The notes beneath the pieces are model-generated. The model searched no databases, had not been told where the DNA came from, and saw nothing but the letters and a program-made list of their open reading frames with translations. The translations under genes were made by a program, and so were the position numbers. From an uncultured Acidobacteriota bacterium (GTDB lineage Bacteria; Acidobacteriota; Thermoanaerobaculia; UBA5066; Gp7-AA6), in the NCBI GenBank assembly GCA_963797495.1, contig CAWCPN010000002.1:2345953-2409952 (forward strand): a stretch of 64,000 nucleotides of DNA, read 5' to 3'. Each line of letters opens with the position of its first letter. The first letter of the stretch is position 1. Shown here piece by piece: positions 33,661-43,875 of the stretch.

Positions 33661-34463
33661 TCGAACGCGGCCACGTCGCGTGCGTTGAACTTCACGATGT
33701 CGAAGTAGGGCGACAGGTCGAAGTCGCGCGGCACGCAGAGGGTCGGATGCCGGGCCCGGAGAATGCCGCTCCACGCGCGGCGGGTCGGGCGTCCGAGCAG
33801 CTGCTGCCGGAGCCGTTCGAGCGCGGTCGTGGGCTTCCGGCGGACGGGGACCGGGATGATCGGGAAGCGGACGCGGCCGAAGGCCTCGGCCAGCAGCGAC
33901 GAGCAGATGGTCTCGGTCTCGACCCCGCTGCCGAAGTGGAGAGCGTCCTCGCGCAGGTCCGGCGGGATCATCTGGAAAGGCAGCAGGTAGCGCGTCAGGT
34001 CCCAGAAGTTGCGCCGGTCGTACTTCCATCCGATGCGAGAGATGACGTGGTCGAGGACGACGGCGAGATCGTCGGGCTTGAGGCCGACGGGCCGGCAGAT
34101 CCGGACGTTCAGGTCGACGTACTTGACCAGGGGCGAGACGACGACGCCGCGGTCGACGAGCGCCTCGACGAGCAGGTGCCGGGCCTCGCGCCCGAACCGG
34201 CGCTGGATGTCGGCGCGCCGGGCAGAATCGCGCCGCAGCAACGCGTCGCCGATGTAGATCGCGCTGTGCGACCAGGACGACGTGGTGAGGTACTTGATGG
34301 CCTGCGAGACGCGCTGGTCGCCCTCGACGAGGAGGACGTCTCCCGGGCGGATCGTGGCCTTGAGCTTGTCCGGATCGTTGTAGACGAAGCGGTGATACCG
34401 GCGGCGGCGGCGGGTGAGACGCCCGACGAACCAGTCGGACAGGACGCGGGCCGGGGAACGCAT
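33564..34463 (-). CDS. Permuted papain-like amidase (YiiX/YebB-like NlpC/P60)
   Basis: PGDVLLVEG, SSWSHS, YD, ICSSLLAEAF (His precedes Cys). Confidence 0.82.
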   Translation of the reverse strand: MRSPARVLSDWFVGRLTRRRRRYHRFVYNDPDKLKATIRPGDVLLVEGDQRVSQAIKYLTTSSWSHSAIYIGDALLRRDSARRADIQRRFGREARHLLVEALVDRGVVVSPLVKYVDLNVRICRPVGLKPDDLAVVLDHVISRIGWKYDRRNFWDLTRYLLPFQMIPPDLREDALHFGSGVETETICSSLLAEAFGRVRFPIIPVPVRRKPTTALERLRQQLLGRPTRRAWSGILRARHPTLCVPRDFDLSPYFDIVKFNARDVAAFDYRRLEWEERRVGARVLPAENECELGLPASRA

Positions 34464-34495
34464 GCCCTTATTGTGCGCCCGGCGCCCACGGTGAC

Positions 34496-34900
34496 CTATT
34501 CGTCCGGAAGCTCCGGCTCCTCCTGCATTTCGCGCTTCGTGCCGGGCGCGAGCAGATCCATGAGCAGGTCGGGGAGTCCCTCCGAGAACTGGCTCCGCGG
34601 CATCACCTGCGTAACGCCCGCGGCCTCGGCCTGCTTGGCCAGCTCCTTGTCCACGTGCGACAGGAAGCCGATCACCGGAATCGCCGCAGCCTTGCCGCGC
34701 CTCAGCTCCCGGACCGCCGAGAGCGCATCACCGTTGGACGAGAGCTCGAGGAGCACGGCGCCCGCGTCGGGCGCGGCGCTCGCGCGGGCCAGCTCGCCCG
34801 GCCCCACGAAGCGGACCGGCACGTTCAGGTGGCGCGCCGTCGCCTCGATCTTCGATCGGAAGAAGAGGTCTACGACGCAGGCGATCACGGACTTGCTCAT
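34496..34900 (-). CDS. Stand-alone receiver-like (CheY-fold) protein
   Basis: DLFFRSKI, VLLEL, PVIGFLSHV, AEAAG..VMPRS. Confidence 0.65.
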   Translation of the reverse strand: MSKSVIACVVDLFFRSKIEATARHLNVPVRFVGPGELARASAAPDAGAVLLELSSNGDALSAVRELRRGKAAAIPVIGFLSHVDKELAKQAEAAGVTQVMPRSQFSEGLPDLLMDLLAPGTKREMQEEPELPDE

Positions 34901-35001
34901 GGGCTGATCGATTCTATGTCAACCGGGGGCGCCCGGGCGGGCCGATCGACGCGGCCGGCGGTGGTCTCGCGACCCCCGGGCCGCGGCACCCGAGACGGCG
35001 T

Positions 35002-36066
35002 TCAGAACATCTTCACGAGATCGACGAGGTACCGGTTGACCCAGGAGGGCGAATCGAGGCGGCGCTGGACGCTGAAGGCGCCCTGCAGGTACATCCTGGG
35101 CAGAAAGGTCCACGCGATGCCCACGCGATGTCCCTCGTACCAGGTGTGGTACCACCAGTCGTCGGTGGTGTAGGCGCCCATGGTCGCGTCGCGTTGGATG
35201 TACTGGTAGGCGTAGAACCCGCGCCAGTTTCCGGGTGTGCCGACCTGTCCCGCGACGACTGCCGCCTCGAAGGCCAGGCGTCGGCCGTCCCGCGCGGCGA
35301 AGTTGTCCAGGCCGTCGAGGGACACGAGCACCGGAACGTTGGCGATCGGAAACCTCAGGTGCAGGAGAAGGTCGGCGACGTGGAATTCGGACGCGAAGAC
35401 CGGCTCGCCGCCGACGATTTGAACGCTGTTCTCCCGGACGTAGGGGGCGTAGAGCTCGTGCGGCTGGAAGCTCCAGTAGGCGATGGACGCTTCCAGGGAG
35501 AAGCGCGAGGCATCTCCGGTGCGCCACTGGACCTGGCCCGCGGCGATGCGCGTCTGGTCGCTGTAGTGCTGCGGGCCGTAGAAGCCGGCCCCCGAGAGCG
35601 TCCACGCGCCGTCCGGGCTCGTCCAGGAGGCCGCGATCCCGGGCGTCTGGATGTCGCGGTCCCACAGCATCTCCGAAGCCGCGAGCGGCATCCCGAACCG
35701 GCCCGCCCGCACGGTGAAGGTCCCGGGCGTCCACTGCACGTACCAGCGGTCGGCGGACGCCCACCGCGAGATGTAGTTGTCCTGGTACGGGTACGCGTAC
35801 TCCGCCGTGCCGTAGTCGAAGATCCCCCGGACGCCGATCCGCAGCTCGGGCCAGGGATCGAAGTCGATCTCCGGCCGCAGCTCGAAGCGGCCTCGGTCGA
35901 TCTCCTCGTAGCCCCGCCAGTGGTCGACCCGGTCGTAGCGGGCCAGGAAATCCCACCGGAGGGAGAGCGTCGGTTTCGGAGAAGGCTCCTCGAAGTACAG
36001 GGGTTCCTGGGCGCCGGCCGCGGCCGCGGCGAGAAGGCCCGCGACGAACGCCGCCTCCGCCCTCAC
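35002..36066 (-). CDS. Putative outer-membrane porin / beta-barrel
   Basis: Signal peptide, alternating aromatic beta strands, terminal Phe; GTGA coupling to kinase. Confidence 0.72.
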   Translation of the reverse strand: MRAEAAFVAGLLAAAAAGAQEPLYFEEPSPKPTLSLRWDFLARYDRVDHWRGYEEIDRGRFELRPEIDFDPWPELRIGVRGIFDYGTAEYAYPYQDNYISRWASADRWYVQWTPGTFTVRAGRFGMPLAASEMLWDRDIQTPGIAASWTSPDGAWTLSGAGFYGPQHYSDQTRIAAGQVQWRTGDASRFSLEASIAYWSFQPHELYAPYVRENSVQIVGGEPVFASEFHVADLLLHLRFPIANVPVLVSLDGLDNFAARDGRRLAFEAAVVAGQVGTPGNWRGFYAYQYIQRDATMGAYTTDDWWYHTWYEGHRVGIAWTFLPRMYLQGAFSVQRRLDSPSWVNRYLVDLVKMF

Positions 36067-38195
36067 GCCGCCTGCGCGGTGAACCGGGTCAGCGCCTCGT
36101 AGAGGTCGTTGACGGTCTGGAAGCGGTCCTTCGGATTCTTTTGCAGGCATTTGAGGATGATTTGCGAGATCCGGGGATCGATCTTCGGATTTCGCGCCTG
36201 CGGAGGCGGCGGATTCTCCTGGACGTGCTTGAGAACCACGGCGAGCGGCGTGTCGCCCTCGAAGGGGAGCGTTCCCGTGAAGATCTCGTACAGCACGACG
36301 CCCGTCGAGTAGATGTCCGAGCGGAAATCGAGCGTCTGGCCGCGCGCCTGCTCCGGCGACATGGTGTCGGGGGTGCCGACGACGGTGCCTTCGGCGGTCA
36401 TGCCCCGGTCTTCCTGGAGGCGGGCGATGCCGAAGTCCATGATCTTCAGACCGCCGGTCGCTTCGATGATGATGTTCTGGGGCTTGATGTCCCGGTGGAT
36501 CACTCCGACCTCGTGCGCCGCGGCGAGCCCGGCGCAGATCTGCTTGGCGATCCGGAGACCCACGGGCGTCGGAAGGATCTCGCCGGCCTCGACGAGCTGC
36601 TGCAGAGTCAGACCCTTGACGTACTCCATCGAGAGGTAGCGCAGGCCTCCGGTCTCGCCGAGGTCGTGCGTGCGCAGGATGTTGGGATGCGTGATCCGGC
36701 GGGCGAGGCGGATTTCCTGTTTGAAACGGTCGAGCAGGGTCGGGTCCGCCGACAGCGCCTCGCTGCGAAGCGTCTTGATCGCGACCGCGTCGTCGAGGTC
36801 GCGGTCGTGTGCCCGGTACACCACGCCCATTCCACCGCGGCCGAGGACGCCCTGAATCTCGTAGCGCGACGCGAAGAGCTGTCCGACCACGGGTTCCCCG
36901 CCCGGCGTTGTACCCGGGGCGACGGCGGTCCGGGCGCCGGTCTCGGCGTCGGCCGCCATCGACATCGTCAGCGACGCGACGTACTGCTCGAGCGCGGCCT
37001 TTTCGCGGAGCTCTTCGAGCATGGCGCCGAAAGATCGGGCGAGGATCCCGATTTCGTCGTCGGACTCGACGGGAAGGTCCGGGGCGTCGAGATTGCCCAC
37101 GCGGACCTGCTCGGTCGCGCGGACGAGGCGCCCGACGCCTCCGGTCACGCGGCGCGCCAGGAAGAAAGACAGGACGAAGGCGATGACGAGAGCGGCCAGG
37201 CCCACGGCGACGAGGGTCGTCTGGATCTGGCGAAACGCCGCCAGCTCCTTCTCCCGGCTCCGCAGCGCGACGGCGGCACCGACGAGCTGGTCGCTCGAGG
37301 AGCGGATCGGCAGGAAGTACGCGAGGTACGTCTCGCCCGAGATGTCGAGGGCGAGGGGGCCGATCGTGCGGCCCTGCCGCAGGACCGCCTGGACGACGTC
37401 GGGCCGGCGCTCGATCGCGCTCACGGCGGGCGCCGTCATGGTGCCCATCGTCGAGGCGGCCAGTGCGGCGCTGGCAGGTTCGGAAACCGCGGCCGCGTCG
37501 GCGAGGAAGATGACTTCCGTGTTGAGGAGCCGTTCCAGGTTTCGGGCCACCTCGTCGTTGATCTGAAAGGCCGCGGCGATGACGCCGGCCAGCCGGGCGC
37601 CGCCCTCGAGCACCGGCGATGCGACGACCTGGTAGAGCCGGCCGCCCGACAGCCAGATGCCCTCGGTCTGCGCGCCCTGGAGCGCGCCGGCGATCGTGGG
37701 CACCGCGGAGAGGTCGGCGACATAGGGCAGCGGCCGGTCCGTGCGGGCGAGGGCGAAGCCTTCGGGGGTCGTGGCAATGAGAAAGTCGGCGCGCACGCTC
37801 GAGGCCTGCTCGCGCTTGAGGGTGTCGAACACGGTCGCGGGATCGGGCCGCCCGGTCCCGGGGACGAGCGTCGACATCATCGCGATGATTCCGGCGTTGT
37901 TCACGATCACGGCCAGCGCCCGGTGGAGCTCGTCGTAGCGGTTCTGCTGGAAGGACTCCCAGCCCGGGCCGGCCTCCTTGAGGTCTTCGGCGATCTTGGC
38001 GTCGGCGACCTGGCGCGCCCGAAACGCGGAGACGGCGACGGCCCCGCCGACCGCGACCAGGATGAGGAGGGCCATGGCCAGGAAGATCTTGAGCGTCAGG
38101 GAGAACTTCGGCGGCTCCGGCGGGGGAAGCCGGAGGCCTCTGGGGCGCACCTCCGCGGAGGTCGAGCCCGCCCGGGGGCTCTCAGTAACGCTCAT
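36063..38195 (-). CDS. Membrane Ser/Thr kinase with extracytoplasmic sensor and HAMP domain
   Basis: TM-sensor-TM, DEIGILARSF HAMP, LGRGGMGVVY, HRDIKPQN, DFG, SPE. Confidence 0.92.
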   Translation of the reverse strand: MSVTESPRAGSTSAEVRPRGLRLPPPEPPKFSLTLKIFLAMALLILVAVGGAVAVSAFRARQVADAKIAEDLKEAGPGWESFQQNRYDELHRALAVIVNNAGIIAMMSTLVPGTGRPDPATVFDTLKREQASSVRADFLIATTPEGFALARTDRPLPYVADLSAVPTIAGALQGAQTEGIWLSGGRLYQVVASPVLEGGARLAGVIAAAFQINDEVARNLERLLNTEVIFLADAAAVSEPASAALAASTMGTMTAPAVSAIERRPDVVQAVLRQGRTIGPLALDISGETYLAYFLPIRSSSDQLVGAAVALRSREKELAAFRQIQTTLVAVGLAALVIAFVLSFFLARRVTGGVGRLVRATEQVRVGNLDAPDLPVESDDEIGILARSFGAMLEELREKAALEQYVASLTMSMAADAETGARTAVAPGTTPGGEPVVGQLFASRYEIQGVLGRGGMGVVYRAHDRDLDDAVAIKTLRSEALSADPTLLDRFKQEIRLARRITHPNILRTHDLGETGGLRYLSMEYVKGLTLQQLVEAGEILPTPVGLRIAKQICAGLAAAHEVGVIHRDIKPQNIIIEATGGLKIMDFGIARLQEDRGMTAEGTVVGTPDTMSPEQARGQTLDFRSDIYSTGVVLYEIFTGTLPFEGDTPLAVVLKHVQENPPPPQARNPKIDPRISQIILKCLQKNPKDRFQTVNDLYEALTRFTAQAA

Positions 38196-38871
38196 CTTCG
38201 GAGTCGGGCGGCGGAGGCTTGTAGTCCTTGCCGTACTTGTTCTTGTGGGCCTCGGGGGTGAACCCGGAGACGTCGATGCGGACGCTGACCGGCGCGGTTC
38301 CGTCGGATCTCACGGCGACGGGGACGCTCGTTTCCCCGGCCGCCTGCTCGTTCCAGGCCTTGAGCACGCGCACGCCGTCGGGAACGCCGTCGAATCGAAA
38401 GGCCCCGTCCGCGCCGGTGACCGTCGCGAAGTCCGAATCCACGACGACCACGAAGCCGACCATCTGGGGGTGGATGTTGCAGTAGATCCGGACCAGGCCG
38501 GGCTCGTCGAAGGTCCTGGGCTTCGAAGCGCCGCTCCGATAGAGGCCGAGGTCGAAGCGGTTGGCGCCGGAGACGGAGAAGACGTTGTGGTAGATCGGGT
38601 CGGCGTTCGGAAAGCGGACCGTGGCGTTCTTCGAGACCACGACCACCCGCGGCTGGAAGCGCTTGGAGGCGCTCTTCATCTCGCCGGAGTCGAGACCGTC
38701 CGCCTTCGAGGACGCCCCGTGCGCTCCTTCGATCCAGACGACGCAGTTCGAGGAGTCGGCGAGCTCCTGTCCGTCCTTGACGAGGACCACCCGGCCCGCG
38801 ACGGTGCCGGCCGGGGCGGCGGACGCCGAAACCAGCAGCACGAGGAGGCCGGCGGCGCCGCGCTTTCCCAT
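38182..38871 (-). CDS. Exported cupredoxin-like plus carboxypeptidase-regulatory-like protein
   Basis: FPNADPIYHNVFS and YCNIHPQM (His, Cys, His, Met type-1 Cu set); TGADGAFRF. Confidence 0.8.
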   Translation of the reverse strand: MGKRGAAGLLVLLVSASAAPAGTVAGRVVLVKDGQELADSSNCVVWIEGAHGASSKADGLDSGEMKSASKRFQPRVVVVSKNATVRFPNADPIYHNVFSVSGANRFDLGLYRSGASKPRTFDEPGLVRIYCNIHPQMVGFVVVVDSDFATVTGADGAFRFDGVPDGVRVLKAWNEQAAGETSVPVAVRSDGTAPVSVRIDVSGFTPEAHKNKYGKDYKPPPPDSEDERY

Positions 38872-38979
38872 GATTTCCGAAAAAAATCATAGCATTCGGA
38901 TGCGCGTGGCCCGGCCGTCCGGCCCGTATAATCCCCGCCCAGCAGACAAGACCGACAGGGCGATTCCAGCGGAGGTTGC

Positions 38980-40983
38980 ATGGCGCACGATGCCAGTCCG
39001 GGATCGGATTTCCGGCCGTACATTTCGCCGGGGGAGGAGATTCCCGAGTTCACGCTCAAGGCCGTTCTGCTCGGCATCTTCTTCGGGGTCCTCTTCGGCG
39101 CGGCGACGGTCTACCTGGCGCTGCGCGCCGGCCTGACGGTCTCGGCATCGGTCCCGATCGCGGTCCTCGCCATCGCCGTTTTCAAGAAGATCGGCAAGTC
39201 CACCATTCTCGAGAACAACATGGTCCAGACGATCGGCTCCGCGGGCGAGTCGGTCGCGGCCGGGGTCGTGTTCACGATGCCGGCGCTGCTCTTCCTCTCC
39301 GACGGCGAGCACTACTTCAAGTACGTCACGATCTTCGTCCTGTCCGCCGTCGGCGGCACCCTCGGGGTGCTCTTCATGATCCCCCTGCGGCGGGCCCTGA
39401 TCGTCAAGGAGCACGGCAACCTCAAGTACCCCGAGGGGGTGGCCTGCGCCGACGTGCTGATCGCCGGCGAAAAGGGGGGCAACCTCGCCCGGATGGTCTT
39501 CAAGGGCGTGGGCGTCGCGATGCTGTACAAGTTCCTCTACGGCATCCTCGGGTTCTGGCGCGAGACGGGGACGTGGTTTCGTACCGGAAGAAACGGCAAG
39601 ATCCCCGACGCGACGCTCGCCTGCGACGTGACGCCGGAGTACCTGGGCCTGGGCTACATCATCGGGCCGCGCATCGCGGGCGAGCTCGCATCGGGCGGCG
39701 TGCTGTCCTGGCTCGCGCTGATCCCACTGATCTCGATCTTCGTCGCCGATGGCCGCATCGTCGAAGACCTCCGGAACCTCGGCTTCACCGACGCCTGGAT
39801 GGCCAGCCACTCCCACGCCGAGTGGATCTACCGGGCCTACGTCCGGTACATCGGCGCGGGCGCTGTCGCCTGCGCGGGCGTGATGACCCTCATCAAGACC
39901 CTGCCCACGATCGTTTCGGCGTTCCGGGAGTCCGTCAAGAGCTTCGGCAAGGGCGGCGAGAAGTCGGCCGCGGTCCGCACGGAGCGCGACCTCGGGATGG
40001 GCCTCGTGGTCTTCGGATCGCTCGTCCTGGCGATCCTGATCACGATTCTGCCGGGCTTCCCGCACGGGCCGTTTCCGGGCTCGCTCCTGATGGGCCTGCT
40101 CGTCGTCGTGTTCGGGTTTTTCTTCGTCACGGTGTCCTCGCGCATCGTCGGCATCATCGGGACCTCGTCCAACCCGATTTCCGGCATGACGATCGCGACG
40201 ATCATGGCGACCTGCGTCGTCTTCGTCGCGGTCGGACGAACCGGAGACGTCTACCAGGCCGTCGCGCTGTGCATCGGCGCGATCGTCTGCGTCGCGGCGG
40301 CCAACGCCGGGGCGACCTCGCAGGATCTGAAGACCGGATACCTCGTCGGCGCGACGCCGCGGCGCCAGCAGATCGGCTTCATCATCGGGGTCCTCACCTC
40401 GACGCTCGTCATCGGCGGGACGCTCTTCCTGCTCGACAAGACGTATGCGATGGGCGAGGCGCACGGCATCGGAGGCCCCAAGCTCGCGGCTCCCCAGGCG
40501 ACACTCATGGCGACGATCATCAAGGGCCTGCTCGCCCAGAATCTTCCGTGGGCGCCGGTGCTGGTCGGCGTTTTCCTCGCCTTCATGGCCCAGATGGCGG
40601 GCGCGCACGCGCTCTCCTGGGCGGTCGGGGCGTACCTGCCCCTCTCGACGACGTTTCCGATCTGGATCGGCGGCATGATGAAGGCGCTGGCTGACAAGCT
40701 GACCCACCGCAAGGACGAAAGCGAGCTGTCCTCGGGCATGCTCTACTCCACCGGTCTCGTCGCCGGGGGCTCGCTCGGCGGCGTCCTGATCGCGCTCGTC
40801 GCGTTCATCGGCGATTCGGTGCTGCACATGGAGAACCCGACGCTGATCGAGCGGCTCGACATCGGGGCGAAGATCTACCCGGCCTTCAAGAACGGCGTCG
40901 GGGGAGACGTTCTCTGCGCGGTCGTCTTCGCGGGCCTGTGCTGGCTCCTCGTCCAGAACGCGCGCAAGAAGCTCGAAGCCTAG
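38980..40983 (+). CDS. OPT-family oligopeptide transporter
   Basis: EFTLKA, ENNMVQT..SAGE, YPEG.ACA, SSNPISG, QDLKTG, APQA. Confidence 0.94.
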   Translation: MAHDASPGSDFRPYISPGEEIPEFTLKAVLLGIFFGVLFGAATVYLALRAGLTVSASVPIAVLAIAVFKKIGKSTILENNMVQTIGSAGESVAAGVVFTMPALLFLSDGEHYFKYVTIFVLSAVGGTLGVLFMIPLRRALIVKEHGNLKYPEGVACADVLIAGEKGGNLARMVFKGVGVAMLYKFLYGILGFWRETGTWFRTGRNGKIPDATLACDVTPEYLGLGYIIGPRIAGELASGGVLSWLALIPLISIFVADGRIVEDLRNLGFTDAWMASHSHAEWIYRAYVRYIGAGAVACAGVMTLIKTLPTIVSAFRESVKSFGKGGEKSAAVRTERDLGMGLVVFGSLVLAILITILPGFPHGPFPGSLLMGLLVVVFGFFFVTVSSRIVGIIGTSSNPISGMTIATIMATCVVFVAVGRTGDVYQAVALCIGAIVCVAAANAGATSQDLKTGYLVGATPRRQQIGFIIGVLTSTLVIGGTLFLLDKTYAMGEAHGIGGPKLAAPQATLMATIIKGLLAQNLPWAPVLVGVFLAFMAQMAGAHALSWAVGAYLPLSTTFPIWIGGMMKALADKLTHRKDESELSSGMLYSTGLVAGGSLGGVLIALVAFIGDSVLHMENPTLIERLDIGAKIYPAFKNGVGGDVLCAVVFAGLCWLLVQNARKKLEA

Positions 40984-40993
40984 GGAAGCCTAG

Positions 40994-41072
40994 GGCGGTC
41001 AGGTCTGAAAGACTTCGGACTTGTGGCGGGACGCCGGCTACAAACTCCGAAGAATCCAGACCTGACCCCGCC
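40994..41072. repeat. Long imperfect inverted repeat between convergent genes (REPIN-like or bidirectional terminator)
   Basis: GGTCAGGTCTG...CAGACCTGACC outer arms, CTTCGGA...TCCGAAG inner arms. Confidence 0.7.
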
Positions 41073-41073
41073 T

Positions 41074-42255
41074 TCAGACGACGTCGAAGGCCTTGCCGAC
41101 TTTCCGGAAGGCGTCGACGGCTCGGTCGAGGTCGGAGCGTTCGTGGGCGGCGGAGACCTGGCAGCGCAGCCGGGCCTGGCCCTGCGGAACGACCGGAAAA
41201 CCGAATCCCGAGACGTAGACGCCCTCGTCGAACAGGGCTTTTCCCATGGCCAGCGCCTTCGCCGTGTCGCCCACGATCACCGGGACGATCGGGTGCGTTC
41301 CGTGGGGGATCCGGAATCCCGCCTCCGCGATCGCCTTGCGGAAGTAGGCGGCGTTGTCGCGGAGCTTGCGGACCGGTGCGGGATCCTCCCGAAGCAGCCG
41401 GAACGACTCGAGGGCGCCGCCCGCGACGGCCGGGGGCAGGGAGTTGGAGAAGAGGTACGTGCGGCTGCGCTGGCGCAGCGTGTCGACGAGCGCCTTCGGG
41501 CCGGTGACGAAGCCGCCGGCGGCCGAGCCCATCGCCTTGCCGAGGGTCCCGGTGGTCACCGGGACCTTCCCGAATACGCCCTGCTCCTCGGCGGTCCCCC
41601 GGCCCGTCGGCGCCGAGGATTCCGGTGGCGTGCGAGTCGTCGACGGCGAGGACGGCATCGTGCTTCTCACAGACGCGCACGCACTCGCGCAGGTCCTGCT
41701 TCTTCGCCCTCCATCGAGAACACGCCGTCGGTGACGTAGAGCTTGTAAGCGCGTCGCCGAATCCTCGCCGAGCATCCGGTCGAGGGCGGCGAGATCGCCG
41801 TGCGGCGCCCGGAACCGTTTCGCCTTGCAGAGCCGCACGCCGTCGATGATGGAGGCGTGGTTGAGCTCGTCGGAGTACAGGCCGTCCGGCTCCTCGAGCA
41901 CCGCGGCGAAGAGGCCCTCGTTGGCGGCCCAGCACGTCATGTAGAGAATCGCGTCGTCGCACCCGAAGAAGGACGCGATCTCGGCTTCGAGCTCCTTGTG
42001 CAGCTCCTGCGTGCCGCAAATGAACCGCACGGACCCCAGGCCCGCGCCCCAGCGGTCGACCGCCTGCTTCTGCGCCTCGCGGATGCGCGGGTGGCCGGCG
42101 AACCCGAGGTAGTTGTTCGAGGTCAGCATCACGACTTCGCGGCCGCCGACCTTGACGCGGCCGCCCTGGGCCGACTGAAGGACGAGCTCCTCCTTGTAGG
42201 TCCCGGCCTGTCGAAGCCCGGACATCTGCGAGGACAGGTGGTCGAACAGCGTCAT
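41074..42255 (-). CDS. kbl: 2-amino-3-ketobutyrate CoA ligase (local frameshifts 41600-41750)
   Basis: SNNYLG, SVRFICGTQ, DELNHASIIDG, DDSHATG in shifted frame, GTLGKA. Confidence 0.92.
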   Translation of the reverse strand: MTLFDHLSSQMSGLRQAGTYKEELVLQSAQGGRVKVGGREVVMLTSNNYLGFAGHPRIREAQKQAVDRWGAGLGSVRFICGTQELHKELEAEIASFFGCDDAILYMTCWAANEGLFAAVLEEPDGLYSDELNHASIIDGVRLCKAKRFRAPHGDLAALDRMLGEDSATRLQALRHRRRVLDGGRRSRTCASACASVRSTMPSSPSTTRTPPESSAPTGRGTAEEQGVFGKVPVTTGTLGKAMGSAAGGFVTGPKALVDTLRQRSRTYLFSNSLPPAVAGGALESFRLLREDPAPVRKLRDNAAYFRKAIAEAGFRIPHGTHPIVPVIVGDTAKALAMGKALFDEGVYVSGFGFPVVPQGQARLRCQVSAAHERSDLDRAVDAFRKVGKAFDVV

Positions 42256-42722
42256 TTCGCCTCCGACAGGATCTTGCCCGCGACGCGGTCCCCCGGAAAC
42301 GCCGCGCCGAGCGCCGCCAGCGCGCGGTCGAACGCTCCGGCACCGCCGGCCATGATCTCGGCGCAGAGCGTCGGGGTCCGCACGAACTCCATCGTGCCCG
42401 ACGCGCCGCGCACCACGATCGAGTCGGCGGGGGCCTCGACCGTGAAGAGAATTCCGTCCACCTCTTCGAGCGCCCGCGAGGCGATGCGCTCCGCCTTCTC
42501 GACCTCCTCCCGATTCAGGCACACGCCCGCGAGGCCGACGACCTGGAAGTGGTTCGGTTCGAACTCGGTCCGGTCCCAGTTCTTCCAGACCCGGCCGCGG
42601 GGAACCAGCTGGAATCGGTAGGCGACGTTCGAGAGTCGCGACTCTTCGACCGCGAACTCGGCGATGCGCCGGCCGGTCAGTTCCTGGTTGGCGTCGGGCT
42701 TCGGGGGCTTGCTCGTGGGCAT
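42252..42722 (-). CDS. Hypothetical protein between tdh and kbl
   Basis: 156 aa, starts 2 nt after tdh stop, ATGA overlap with kbl. Confidence 0.7.
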   Translation of the reverse strand: MPTSKPPKPDANQELTGRRIAEFAVEESRLSNVAYRFQLVPRGRVWKNWDRTEFEPNHFQVVGLAGVCLNREEVEKAERIASRALEEVDGILFTVEAPADSIVVRGASGTMEFVRTPTLCAEIMAGGAGAFDRALAALGAAFPGDRVAGKILSEAK

Positions 42723-42724
42723 GG

Positions 42725-43875
42725 TCAGGGTCTCCCGTTCGGATAAAAAACGACTTTCATCGCGCGGCGGTCGTCGAGGAGCTCCATCGCGTCGTGGAAT
42801 TGCTCGAGTCCGTCGAATTCGTCGGTTACGAGATCCTCGACGTCGAGACCGGCGCGGAAGAGATCGACCATCTTGATCCAGGTGTCGAAGATGCGCCGGC
42901 CGATGATGGCGTGGATCGTGACGCCCTTGAAGACGACGTCGTTGGTGTAGTCGCGGATCGTGACGGCCTTGTCGCGCGGAATGCCGAGCAGCGACAGCAC
43001 CGCCCCCGGCCGGGCCGCGGCGAGGCCGAGATTGATCGACGGACTCGGCGCCGGAGAGCTCGAGGACCACGTCGGCGCCGCCGCCGGTCGCCTCGCGCAG
43101 GCTCCCGACCGGGTCCTTGGTGCGCGGAAGCTCGATGACCGAGACCTGCGAGAGCCGACGGGCCTGGGCCCACTTGCGGGCGTGCGCGGCGGCGAGGCCG
43201 TTGACCTCGGTGATCGCGATCCGCGCCGCGCCCGAGATGCGGGCGATCTCGGCGCACATCGCGCCGATGGGGCCGTAGCCGAGGACGGCCACGGACTTGC
43301 CGGAGAGGTCGGTCACCTGCGTCGTGTGGACGGCGTTGCCGAGGGCGTCGAGGAACGCACCGACCTTGGGCGGGATGATCGCCCGGTCGAGCGGCACGAC
43401 GTTGAAGGCGGGAACGACGACGTACTGCGCGAAGCAGCCATCGCCGTGGACCCCCAGGATCCGCGTGTTCTCGCAGATGTGGCGGCGACCCGTCCGGCAC
43501 GGCCGGCAGGCGCCGCACGTGACGTGCATCTCGGCCGAGACGTACTGGCCCGTCCTGGAGGTGCGGCCGCTTGCCGCCGGGGCCGAACGCGACGATTTCG
43601 CCGCAGAACTCGTGGCCGTAGATGCGCGGCGGCCGGACCATCCCGGCCATCGAGGCGTCCCACTGGTAGATGTGCTTGTCCGATCCGCAGACGGCCGTGG
43701 CGAGGACCTTGATCAGGACCTCGGCCTGGCCGGGGACCGGGACCGGGACGGTCTTGACCTCGGTGGCGCCGCGGCCGGCCGCGGCCCTGGTCTTGACGAC
43801 GGCCGTCATGGTGGACGGAACGGGCTTTGGGACCGCCCCGACCCGACGGCCGGCGGCGGCCGCTTTCTTGGACAT
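42725..43875 (-). CDS. tdh: L-threonine 3-dehydrogenase (two apparent frameshifts)
   Basis: CGSDKHIY, GHEFCG, CGACRPC..HIC, GYGPIG, IIGRRIFDTW; kbl neighbour. Confidence 0.88.

Noticed and set aside
36355-36380. GTPDTMSPE instead of GTPDYMSPE in the HAMP kinase
   Set aside because: Single-codon oddity in an error-prone assembly; cannot be distinguished from a read error
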